Source: Hemiscyllium ocellatum
Taxonomy: Eukaryota
Direction: 5' to 3'
Assembly: GCF_020745735.1 (NCBI RefSeq)
Contig: NC_083409.1
Location: 9,971,534-10,035,533 of the forward strand
DNA length: 64,000 nt
Positions 1-11,014 of this stretch are shown one piece after another; positions within the stretch are counted from its first letter, which is position 1, and each line of letters begins with the position of its first letter. The notes under the pieces were generated by a model. The model had not been told where the DNA came from, did not search any database, and worked only from the letters and a program-made list of their open reading frames with translations. Both the position numbers and the translations under genes were made by a program.

Positions 1-939
1 GAGAGATGGAGCACTAAGAGAGAGGGGGATAGAGCTTGGACAGAGAAAGAGGAATGGAACTCAGAGTGAGATCTATGCAGCTGAGTTAGAGAGGGGTGGG
101 GAGAGAGAATGAGTGAGAGAGATGGAGTCAAGGAGTTCTATGTCAAAGATAAATTATACTCTGTTAAAGATTGCACTGGATGAATGCTGACTCTCTGACT
201 CTATGAACACTACCTACAAAGCTGTCTAACTTTGTGTCATTAGCAAACTAGAGTATCTGACTTTCTATGCCATTATCCAATGCATTAATAAATAATGTAA
301 ATAATTGAGGTGTGCGCACACATTCCTATTGGACACCACTGGTCACATCCTGCCAATTTCAGCACTTATCCATGATCCCTATTTTCTGTCACCTGTCAAC
401 CAATTTCGGTATGGCAGTATTTTAGCCTCAATTCTGTGGATTTCTAACTGAGTTGAACAGTTTCTTACATGGGATTTTATCAAATGCCTTCTGGAAGTGC
501 CTATAAACAACATCCATTGACATTACTGTGTCCAGTAATTTTGTTTCCTCTTCAAAAATGTTCAATGAGTTTTTTTCACCATGACCAACTTGTCATGAAT
601 CCATGTTGATTCTCCCTGATTAACTGACCATTTTCAAGGTCTTCAGTTACCCCCATCCTTGATTATAGACAGCAACAATTTCCACACCACAAACGTTGGC
701 TTCGTGACCTGTAATTCCCTGGTTTTTCTCTAACATTCTTGTTAAATGTGAAATGAAATTTGCAATTTTCCAATTCAGAAGTACGACTCCTGAATCCAGG
801 TAACTCTGAAAGATTATAGTCAGGGTATCTGCAATGTGGTCTATGACTACTTTATCACTCTCAGGTCCTGAGGATTTGTCACTCTTTAGTTCCATTATTT
901 TCCTTATTACACATGTTCTATTGACATTAACTTTATTTA

Positions 940-1217
940 GGTGACACAATGGTTAGCACTGCTGCCTCACAGCACCAGAGTCCCAGGTTCAATTCCAGCC
1001 TCGGGCAACTGCCTGTGTGGAGTTTGCACATTGTCTGCATGGGTTTCCTTCTACTATCCAAAGATGTGCAGGTCAGGTGAATTGGCCACACTAAATTGCC
1101 CATAACGTTAGGTGCATTAGTCAGAGGGAAAATGGGTCTGGGTGGGTTACTCTTCGGAGGGTCGGTGTGGACTGGTTGGGCCAAAAGGCATGTTTGCACA
1201 CTGCAGGGAATCTAATC
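940..1217 (+). mobile_element. tRNA-derived SINE (HE1/V-SINE-like shark SINE)
   Basis: tRNA-like head GGTTAGCACTGCTGCCTCACAGC...GGTTCAATTCC, body CCAAAGATGTGCAGGT...GAATTGGCC...TAAATTGCCC and a TAATC tail; the same sequence recurs four more times in the window. Confidence 0.85.
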
Positions 1218-1269
1218 AGTCCCTGACACAGATCCTCTGTTAATTCCTTTGGGACTTCAGGCAAGTCCT

Positions 1270-3505
1270 CTTCCTTTTCTGCTGCAAATCTTGAGGTAAA
1301 GTATTTATTTAACATGGCTGTCATTTCCCCATTGTCACTTTCAGTCTTTAATGGCCAACATTGCTCCTGACCTCCCAGCTTCCCTTTTATGGAACTGTAA
1401 CATTTCTCCTTATTGATTTTGTTATCCCTTACATGTTTCCTTTCAGAATCCCTTTTGGTAGCTCTTAGAAGCTGATATGAGGCCCTTTTGTATCCTTCCC
1501 ATTCAGCGGAATCTGTCCTTTTTTTGGCTTTTCTGTAAGCCTTTTTTAAACATTTTATTCTTTCCCTTATCTCTTTAATTGACCATTGTTGTTTGTTCGC
1601 TTTTCCCTCTCAGGTATAAACTGGCTTTGTTTTGTGCTGAATGTTCCTTTAAGTATTCCCCACTGTTCTTCAGTTGTTTTACCCATGAGCTGATTTTCCC
1701 AGTTTATTGTGGACAGTCTCTGTCGCATCTCGTTAAAGTCGGCCCTTACCTTAATCTCAAATTCTAGCAGCTGATTCATGCTTTTTACTTTCAAATGCGA
1801 CACTGAACTAGATCATGTTATGATCACTATTTGATAAATATTCATGCACAAATAGTTACGAACTAAATCTGGCTCATTATTCATTACTAATTCCAATATT
1901 GCTTGTCCCCTTGTTGTATCCAGGACCTATTGCTGTTGGAAACTATTCTGGACACACAGCAGCAATTCACTACCTTTCTGACAGAGGGCTTGTCTGTCTC
2001 CCAATCTAAGTTAAAGTTAAACTTCCCCATTAATAATACACTGGCTTTGCTACACACTTGTCTAATTCCTCCATTTATATAATCCAGCACCTCAGAGCTG
2101 CTGTCAGGGGGGTCTGTATCCAACATCTATTACAGTTTTCGATCCTTTCCTGCTCCTCAGTCCCACTGAGTGTTTTCTCCTCATTATGACCTCCCTCACC
2201 ATTGAAGCCATTTTTTCCCTCATCAATGAAGCTGCTCCACCTCTTCTGCCATTTCCCCATATCCACCCTGTGAACCTTCTAACCCGATAGATATCGTTCC
2301 CAATCTGAATGATTCTGCAACTATGGCTCAGTAATTGATCCGGTACCACAATCTTAAATTTGAATTTGTGCCTGCAGATTATTGTATTTATTCCTTACGC
2401 TTCATGCATTCGGATATAGAACTCTTATTTAGTCCATTCACTGGAATCTGTTCCTCAGCACTGATGCTGTACTCACCTCTTTCTTATTTCTCTCCATCTG
2501 TTTAATCAATATCCTTCTGATAGCTTTCCTGATATTGTCCAAATAGGACCTTTTGCCGATTTTTGTTGATGTTGTTGGTCCCAACACAGACAACAACAAC
2601 TGGATCCTCAACCACCCCCGCCACCCCCCAAGTCTGTTATACTTAAAAGCCGGCTCGAGATGCCCTTACCTTGAAACCAGGCAGGCAACACACCATGTGG
2701 GGCTCTCAATCCTGCTCACAAAGGATGCTATCAGTTCCCCTCATTATCAAGACCCCTCTTTTCTTTATGCTCCCCCAGTCTGAGTGGTCTCCTGGACCAT
2801 GGTGCAGTGGTTTCCTTCATTCATTCATAGGAAATGGACATCTCTGGCCAAGCCAGCAATGACTGCCCTTAGGAGTCATCGAATCATAGAATCCATACAG
2901 TGTGAAACAGGCCATTCAGACCAATGAGTCCACACCAACATTCTGAAGAGCATCCCACCCAGACTTGTCTCCCTACCTTATCCCTGTAAATCTGCATCTC
3001 CCATGGCTAATGCACCTAACCTACACATCCCTACATTTTCCCCAGTTTAGACATTATAATTTCTGCTCTATCTTTATCTTTTTATATAATGACTTTGAAA
3101 CTTACAGAGTTATGGTCACTATCACCAAAATCCTCAAACTACATTTGCCCATTCTCCCGACAATCCTTTTCCTCATTGACACAGGGAGCAAGTCCCTCAT
3201 TCCTGTTGGACAAGGAGCTGAGGCACCTGTAAGGCTAAATCCAGGCTGCATCGGCCTGTTCACTTTTGGTCACACCCTCCTGTGCCTGACCACTGGCTAT
3301 AATTTGAAGTATTTAACCTACAAGGTGTGACTGTCTCCCCAAACACAGTGTCCAGGTAACTCTCCCCCTCCCTGATGTGTCGCAGTGTTTGAAGCTCAGA
3401 TTCCAGCTCATCAATTCTGAGCTGGAGTGCCTTGAGCAACCAACACTTGCTGTAGATGTGGTCACTCTGAGCTACAATGGGCTCCACCAGCTTCCCCATC
3501 GTACA
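1270..3505 (-). mobile_element. CR1 LINE, fragmented (ORF1 remnant plus endonuclease region of ORF2)
   Basis: Minus-strand ORF pieces LQLRIDELESELQTLRHIREGESYLDTVF (ORF1), VLLMGKFNFNLDW, VGYRPP, ADFNEMRQRLSTINWE and LNKYFTSRF are typical of CR1; interrupted by other repeat fragments. Confidence 0.75.
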
Positions 3506-3508
3506 ATT

Positions 3509-3797
3509 GGGGCGGCACGGTGGCACAGTGGTTAGCACTGCTGCCTCACAGCGCCTGTAGACCCGGGTTCATTTCCCGACTCAGGCGACTGACTAGCACG
3601 TTCTCCCCGTGTCTGCGTGGGTTTCCTCCGGGTGCTCCGGTTTCACAGTCCAAAGATGTAGGTGAATTGGCCAAGCTAAATTGCCCGTAGTGTTAGGTAA
3701 GGGGTAAATGTAGGGGTATGGGTGGGTTTCGCTTCGGCGGGTCGGTGTGGACTTGTTGGGCCGAAGGGCCTGTTTCCACACTGTAAGTCTAATCTAA
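3509..3797 (+). mobile_element. HE1/V-SINE-like SINE
   Basis: GGGGCGGCACGGTGGCACAGTGGTTAGCACTGCTGCCTCACAGCGCC...GACCCGGGTTC head and GGGCCTGTTTCCACACTGTAAGTCTAATCT tail. Confidence 0.9.
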
Positions 3798-4659
3798 AAT
3801 TACTACACATCGCCTGGCCCTGTATGTGGAAATTATTTGAGGAGATTTTAATTTATATTTTAAAATTTGCTGCTGGTCATTAGTTTTTAATCTGTAAAAA
3901 TTTCCATCCAGGAGACAGAGAAGGTGCCAGCACAGGAGGAGGCTGTTCAGCCCCTCTTGTCAGTGCTAGCTGTTTACGAGCCTCAATTACAATGAACATC
4001 TCCATTGAATGTCTGTTGTCAGGAAGTGATTGAGTCTGTTTTTAGAGACAGAATAACGGACAAATATGAACTGGTCCGAGAGAATCAGCATGGATTGACA
4101 AAGGTTCAGACATCTTTAACTAACCGGGTTACACTTTGTTAGGAGCTCACTAGTGTGGGATATAAGGGAATGTCGATGGCTATTGTCTATAGGGAATTCC
4201 AAAAGACATTTAAGAATGTTCCACAAAAGAAACATTGATTCAGATCTTACACTCCACAACCATCTGATGAAGGAGCAGCGCTCCAAACGCTGATGCTTCC
4301 AAACAAACCTGTTGCATTAGAACCTGGTGTTCTGTGATTTTTAACATTTACACGACAGTCCAACACCGGCATCTCCAAATCATGGAATTGGATGGAATTT
4401 GAGAAATGCATTTACCTTGGGTCAGGAATGGGTCTGTCTAGGAGACAGAGAGGAAGGATAATGTGCGTGTGTTCCAATGAGCCAGATGTGAGTAGTGTTA
4501 TTCCCAGGGATCTGTGCTGGGACCTCAGCTTTTCACGATATTTCTCAATGACTTGGATGAAGAAACAGAGAGCCATATATCCAAGATTATTGATCACACT
4601 GAGTGAGGCAGCTTGGAGGAGGTCACAGAGATAGGGAGGGTGGAAGAACAGGGAGCAGA

Positions 4660-5580
4660 TTGAGAACAAGGATGAGAATTTGAAAATCGAGGTGTTGCTG
4701 GACCAGGAGCTTATGTCAGTCAGTGAGGATTGTGGTGGTTATGGTGGGGTGGGGAGGCGTGGGCAGGAGTATGGGGTGGACTTGGTGTGAGTTTGAACAC
4801 AGACAGCAGAGTTTGGGATGAGGTGATGTTTACGGAAGTCAGTGGCTGTGATGTGGGCCTGGATAACATTGGAATGGTCACAAAAACATGGTTGAGATTT
4901 TCAGTGGCTGATAATTGTGATGTGGAGGATTTGGGCCTCAAATCAGCCCCAAAGATGAGGCCAAAGTTGTAAAGAGTCTGGTTGAGCAGCAGACAGTGCT
5001 CAGGGAGAGGGATGGAGCTTGTACCAGGAGCTGAAGAGGATGGCTTTGATCTTCCCAATGTGTTTCCCAGTGAGCCTGGCTCCTCAGTCCTGACTGCTCT
5101 TAGCTGCTGTGATTGTCACTGATTGGACACTTATTATTAGAGATTCTGACCACAGCAGAAAGCCCCAGTGTAAAAAATAACTGCAAAGACTGTCAGATCG
5201 CAAGGTTGAAACTTCACCAAGAGAGGAAGTGAAAGAAGGAGCTCGGAGCAGCTGGGTGTTTGTTACTGAGACGGGAGAAAACTGTGAACCATCTGCACTC
5301 CCTGGAATCTGACAGCACAGGAGGAGGCCATTCAGCCCATCATGCCTTTGAATGACCCAGTTAGTCCCACTGCTTCCCCCCTCTCTCCCCGTAACCCAGC
5401 AAATCTTTCCTTTACAGCTCAATCTCCAATTCCCTCTTATAGACCTCATGTCCACAGAGTGAGACTGCCCTGAACCTGGGCTTCAAATTGGCATCTCATT
5501 CATTCATTGGGAGACAAACTGCCTGGGCTGGGAAATGGAGTTCAGGATCCTGAACATTCCCTCTCCCCTCCTGAGGAACA
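4660..5580 (+). repeat. Dispersed duplicated module, copy A (homologous to 51490-52380 and, in part, inverted to 49275-49632)
   Basis: Direct visual alignment: 5061-5280 is nearly identical to 51868-52087; homology resumes at 7765-7880 vs 52390-52500. Confidence 0.85.
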
Positions 5581-6069
5581 CTTCATTTGGTTTTGCATAT
5601 TCACCTGTGGGAAGGGGCTTCACCGGCTGGGTCAACATTTTTTACCCTGTCCCTAGTTGCCCTGGAGTAGGTGGTGGGAAGCTGCCATCTTGAATTGTTA
5701 TCGTCCACAAGCTGTAAGTTGACCCACAATGCCAGCATTTTAACCCAGCAAGGCTGAGGGATCAGCGACATATTTCCAAGTCCGGATGCTAAGCTTTTTC
5801 GAGGGGAACTTGCAGCTCACAGTGTTCCCATGTATCTGCTGCTCTTGTTCTAAATGGAAGTGAACGTGGGTTTGGAGGGAAACCAAAAGAACTGCAGATG
5901 CTGTAAATCTGAGACAAAAATAGAAAGTGCTGGAAAAGCTCAGCAGGTCTGGCAGCATCTGTGAAGAGAAATCAGAGTTAATATTTCATGCTCAACCTGA
6001 AATGTTAACTCTGATTTCTCTCCAAGATGCTGCCAGACCTGCTGAGCTTTTCCTGAAATTTCTATTTTT

Positions 6070-7740
6070 GTCCATGGGTTTGGAAGGTGCTATCTGAAGA
6101 TCGGTGATGAATTTCTGCAGTGCATCTTATCGATAATACACACTGCTGCTATGGAGCGTCAGTGACGGTGAGTTTGGATGCTTTGAGAATGCGATGCCAA
6201 TCAAGGAGTTTGCTTTGCTCTGGATGGTATCAAGCTTTTTGAGTGGATAAGAAAGACATAGGATACAATCGACATAGATAGGAAAGGTTTCAAGGGATAT
6301 GTGTGAAATGCAGGCAAATAAGATGAGTTCACTTCAGAAAACCTGGTCAGCATGTAGAAGTTTGGCTTAAGGGTTTGTTTCTGTGCTGTATGACTCTGTG
6401 ACACTATCAATCTATGAATGTTGTTGGAGCTGCACCTGTCCAGGCAAGTGGGGAGTATTTGCTCACACTCCTGACTTGGTTGACAGGCTTTGGGGAATCA
6501 GGAGGTGAATTACTGGATGCAGTATTCGTAGCCTCTAACTTGCTCTTGTAACCACTGTGTTTCTTTGGTGAATCCAGTTGTGTTTCTGGTCAATGGCACC
6601 TCAAGAATGTTGATAGTGGGGATTCAGTGATGGTAATAGCATTGATTGTCAAGGGGCGATGTTAAGATTGTCTCTTATTGGTGATGGTGATTGGCTGGCA
6701 TTTGCATGGCACCAATGGGAAATGTCACTTCTCAGACAAAACCTGGATATTGTCCAGATATTGTTGCATTTGCACGTGGACTGCTTCAGTATCTGAGGAG
6801 TTGGGAAGAGTGCTGAGCATTGTGCAATCTTTGGCAATCATCCCCATTTACGAGTTTGCCTTGAGTTGCAATATCTGTTCGGAGTCTGTCCTATTTAGTA
6901 CGGTGATAGTACCACACAACACAATGGAGGGGATTCTCAATGTGAAGGTCAGACTTTGTTTCCACAAGGACTGTGTGATGGTCACTCTTACCAATACTGT
7001 CAAGGATAGATGCATCTACAGCCACAAGATTGGTGAGGATGGGGTCAAGCATCTTTTTCCATCTTTTTGGTTCCAGCTGCAGAGCCAGTCCCTCAGCTAC
7101 ATCCATGAGGAACCAACCAGCTCGATCAGTAATGCTGCTGCCGAGCCACTCTCAGTGGTGGACATTGAAACCCTCCCCCCACCCCCTCTCCCCCACCCAG
7201 AGTACACTCTCTGCTGTCATCACCCTCAGTGCTTCCTCCAAATGTTGTTCAACATCCAGGAGAGACTGATTCATCAGCCGAGGGAGCAAGATATCTTGTA
7301 ATCACCAGGAGGTTTCCTCGCCCATGTTTAACCTGGTGTCATGAGTCTTTACGGCGTCCAGAGCCAACTTTGAGACTTCCCAGGGTAACTCCCTTCTGGC
7401 TGTAGACCACTTTGTCATCAGCTCTGCTGGGTCTGCCTTTCTGGTGGGACAGGACACATGCAGGGACAGTGATGGTGGTGTCTGGGACATTGTCTGTAAG
7501 GTATGGTTCTGTGAGTATGACTGTATCAGGCTGTTGCTTGAGTCATCTGTAAGACAGCTCTCCTGAATTTGGCACTAGCTCCCAGATGTCAGTAAGGAGG
7601 ATGGAGCAGGGTAGACAGGGCTGTTTCTGTCATTGTCTTTTCGGTGTCTAGATCGGTGCCTGTGGCCGTCCGGTCTCATTTCTTTGTTGAAACATTGTCA
7701 TAATTGATACAACTGAGAGCCCTGCTCGGCCATTTCAGAG
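6070..7740 (-). mobile_element. CR1/L2-group LINE fragment (endonuclease region)
   Basis: Minus-strand LDPILTNL...DSIGKSDHHTVLVETK matches the APE endonuclease C-terminal SDH motif. Confidence 0.65.
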
Positions 7741-8594
7741 GGCACTAGAGAGTCAACCACATTGCTAGAGGACAGTGCCGTGTACCCCGGCAGTACATTC
7801 CGACCTCCCCCACTTCCCCATAATGTATATGGAAGGCAGAAGCCTGCCAGCAGGATATTCACCCGCAGGAGCTATCACAGCCCGTGCGCAATTCCGTCCC
7901 CACATTAAATCCACACAAATCCTGAATTCACATAACACCTTCAATGTCCAAGCATTCCAAGAATGTTCACAAAGTTGCAGTAGAGGGATGGGGGAGAGGG
8001 TGGGGGAACATAAGAACTAGGAGCAGGAGCAGGCAATTCAGCCCCTCGAGCCCACTCCACCATTTAATACAATCATGGCTGATCCCATCTCAGACTCAAC
8101 TCCACTTTCCTGCCCACTCTCCATCATCCTTTAACCCATTACCCATTAAATATCTGTCCATCTCCTCCTTGGTGTGAGACAGGGAAGGGACCACTCCATT
8201 TCAGAAAAGACTGACCATGGAAGGGGAAGGAGAGGGGAAGGGATTGGAACATGTTGTGAATGGACAGGATGGGTCAGTGGGTCAGAGCCTGTCCTGTCTC
8301 TCCTCGAACTCACGCTGATGATCTGAGGATCTCCTCTCTCTGCTGGGCCTTCACGGAATGAGGTTTGTGTCCAAATCAGTCCCCAGTGAGAATAGGCCAA
8401 CAGCACAGAACAGCACAGAACTGCCCTTCATTTGACCAGAATCTGTCCATCTTCCTGAGAGAGGCCAAACCCTGGTCAACGTGGAAATAGGGCCTTACTC
8501 CATGAGAAGACAGGGGTCAAGGGTTAACATCCATTAGTGGGACAGAGCAGTGGGAGATTTATCCTGCATTCAACTGTCACCACCCAGGACACTG

Positions 8595-8641
8595 TCAGAA
8601 AGAGAGAGCAGTGAGGCAGAGAGAGAGATGGAGGGAAAATT

Positions 8642-8674
<33 letters not shown>

Positions 8675-9173
8675 AAGAAAGAATGAGAGAGAGAGAGATA
8701 GAGGGACGGGCATCTGATACGGTGTAAGATATGTGAGCGGACCAAGAGAGAGGTAGAAGGAGGTAAAAATGGTGAGGTTGAGGGATAGACAGAGAAACAA
8801 GATGTGAGACAGTGTGACTGAGAGGGATGGAGAGAGACAAAAAGACAAGGAGAGAGAGAAAAAGAGACAGGATGGGTGTGAGACTAAGCATGAAGAGAGT
8901 TGAGAGGGAGGGGAGGGTTGAGTGTGAGAGAGAAAGAGAGATGAGTATGGGTAGATTTATAATGACAGAGAGAGGGAGAGAGACTGCAAATTGGGATTGA
9001 GAGAGGGAAGGAGAGAGAAAGAGGGAGGAATAGAGAGTGACAGATAACAATTGGAGGCTTTTAATTGAAGTGAGAGAGGGAGCGAGGAACAGAGACAGTG
9101 AGAGATGGAGAAACAGATGATAAGATGGAGTGAGAAAGCATCAGTGAGTTGGAGAGAGTGGCTATGAGACAGA

Positions 9174-9215
<42 letters not shown>

Positions 9216-9300
9216 ACATGAAAGAGATTAACAGTGGGAGAGAGAGATAGAGGTAGAGAGAAAGAAATGGCAGATGTGAGTCAGAGAGAGAGAGGGACAA
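8595..9300. repeat. Long (GA)n/(GT)n-rich polypurine low-complexity tract
   Basis: Near-continuous GAGAGA/GACAGA runs with TG blocks; further (GA)n at 9750-9800 and purine-rich 10820-10940. Confidence 0.9.
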
Positions 9301-9766
9301 GTCCTGGTCACCACACTCTGGGAAGAATGTGATTGTACCTGAGAGGGTACAGGGGAGATTTCCCAGGATGCTGCCTGAATGTGAGCTTTGGGCACACCTC
9401 CTCCCTGCCCAGCCCTGTTAGAATTTTATATGTTTCAATCAGATCCCCTCTCATCGTTCTGAACACGAGTGAGTCCATGGCCAGGCGAGTTGGAGAGTGA
9501 GAGGAGAGTTGAGAAGAAATGCTTTCACCTAAAGGGTGTTGGGAGTCTGGAACTCACTGCCTTAAAGGCTGGTTGAGTCACAAACTCTCGTGACATTGGA
9601 GCAGTGTTTAGATATTCCCTTGTGTTGCTGTCGCCTCCAGGGTAATGGGCCAAGAGCTGGAGGATGGGATTAGTGTCATCAGATCTTTGTTTACCAGCAC
9701 AGACACAATGGACCAAATGGCCTCATTCAGTGCTGTTCACATCAATGACTCTGAGACAGAGAGAGT

Positions 9767-9799
<33 letters not shown>

Positions 9800-9803
<4 letters not shown>

Positions 9804-9896
9804 AAGTGTGAGGGGCTGACGTGGCTCTCTCTGCCTGATGCCATTTACATACTGAGGAACACCCAGTCAGACTCTCACAGGCTGCAGCTTTATAAA
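9800..9896 (+). promoter_or_regulatory. Ig VL promoter: PU-box, variant octamer, TATA
   Basis: GAGGAAGTG at 9800-9808, ATTTACAT (octamer ATTTGCAT with one mismatch) at 9843-9850 and TATAAA at 9891-9896, about 60 bp before the leader ATG. Confidence 0.7.
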
Positions 9897-9956
9897 GCAG
9901 AGCCCAGTGAAGGGAGAGTTTATCAGGAACCAGGCACAGGGACAGGAGCACACACC

Positions 9957-10005
9957 ATGATTTCACACATCCAGCTGATCTGGCCCCTGGCATTCTGTGT
10001 CGCAG
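9957..10005 (+). CDS. IGKV: Ig kappa-type light chain leader exon (MISHIQLIWPLAFCVA-G)
   Basis: ATG in CACACCATG context, hydrophobic signal peptide, phase-1 donor G|GTACAA at 10006; splices in frame to the V exon. Confidence 0.93.
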
Positions 10006-10191
10006 GTACAAATCTCTCTCCTTCCACCTTGAATCTTTAGCTGCTCTCCATTTCACTCCAATTCCACTGACTTGTGATTGAAGGGAAAATGCTGAAACCA
10101 GAGGAATGCTCAGTGTCTCCAACAATCTCTCATTTGACCGGCTCTTTCTGTGACAGTTCTGACTTCACTGTGTTTCTCTCTGACCCCTCAG

Positions 10192-10488
10192 GTATCAGTG
10201 GGGACATCACCATGACCCAGTCTCCCCCGGTGCTGTCAGTGGGACTGGGCCAGACCGCAACCATCACCTGTACGGCCAGTCAAAGCATTAGCAGCTCCCT
10301 TGCTTGGTACCAGCAGCGAGAAGGTCAGAAACCCTCTCTCCTGATCTATGCTGCAACAACTCGATTCACAGGAGTCTCCGAGCGATTCACCGGCAGTGGA
10401 TCAGGGACCAGTTTCACCCTGACAATCAGCAACGTTCAGAATGAGGATGTGGCTGACTATTACTGTCAGCAAGGTTACAGCTGGCCTT
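10192..10488 (+). CDS. IGKV: Ig kappa-type (cartilaginous fish type III) V segment exon
   Basis: Acceptor CCCCTCAG at 10191; (G)[52 protein letters not shown]...[35 protein letters not shown]; both Cys and the Trp are present, with no stops. Confidence 0.97.
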
Positions 10489-10516
10489 CACGGTGATACA
10501 GAGCTGAACAAAAACC
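10489..10516 (+). other. 12-bp-spacer recombination signal sequence 3' of V
   Basis: CACGGTG (10489-10495) + 12 nt + ACAAAAACC (10508-10516). Confidence 0.97.
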
Positions 10517-10940
10517 TCAATACATAAAGCACTACCTCCTGTCCTGACACATCCCACAGTTACATAAAATGTATAATAATGGACACACAGTCCCACCCCC
10601 TGAGCTGATATATCCACAGTTAGATCTGAACGAAATTGATCAAATTACCCCAAACTGGGATTGCCACTGTCCACGACACACTCCAATCCCTGTGGTGTCT
10701 CAACAGTCACTGAAGGCCTCAAGTTTCCCTCTTACACTCCATGGCCACATGTGAAGAGCAGCTGCAAGATTTAACATCGAAAAATAAATTTCACAAACCT
10801 CCCGAGCCCAGCTGGAAACAACCCAGAGAAACAGAGAGAGAAAGACACATGAATGAGGGAGAGACAGAGAGGGGCAGGGTGAGGGTGAGAGTGGGTGAGA
10901 TAGAGAGGTGGACAGTGATAAGAGGGAAGCAGAGAGCAGA

Positions 10941-10979
10941 GGTTTTTGTACAGCCTCTGCACTGGGAGCTCTCACTGTG
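10941..10979 (-). other. 23-bp-spacer recombination signal sequence 5' of J
   Basis: GGTTTTTGT (10941-10949) + 23 nt + CACTGTG (10973-10979), perfect consensus. Confidence 0.97.
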
Positions 10980-11014
10980 GCTTACGTTCGGTAAAGGAAC
11001 CAAGCTCAGACTGA
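10980..11014 (+). CDS. IGKJ: Ig kappa-type J segment (LTFGKGTKLRL-S)
   Basis: FGxG motif, phase-1 donor A|GTAAGT at 11015. Confidence 0.96.

Noticed and set aside
6700-6707. Perfect octamer ATTTGCAT
   Set aside because: It lies inside a LINE fragment 3.2 kb from the leader; chance occurrence is likely.
8524-9300. Ser/Leu-rich minus-strand ORFs
   Set aside because: Artefacts of (GA)n/(CT)n low complexity.
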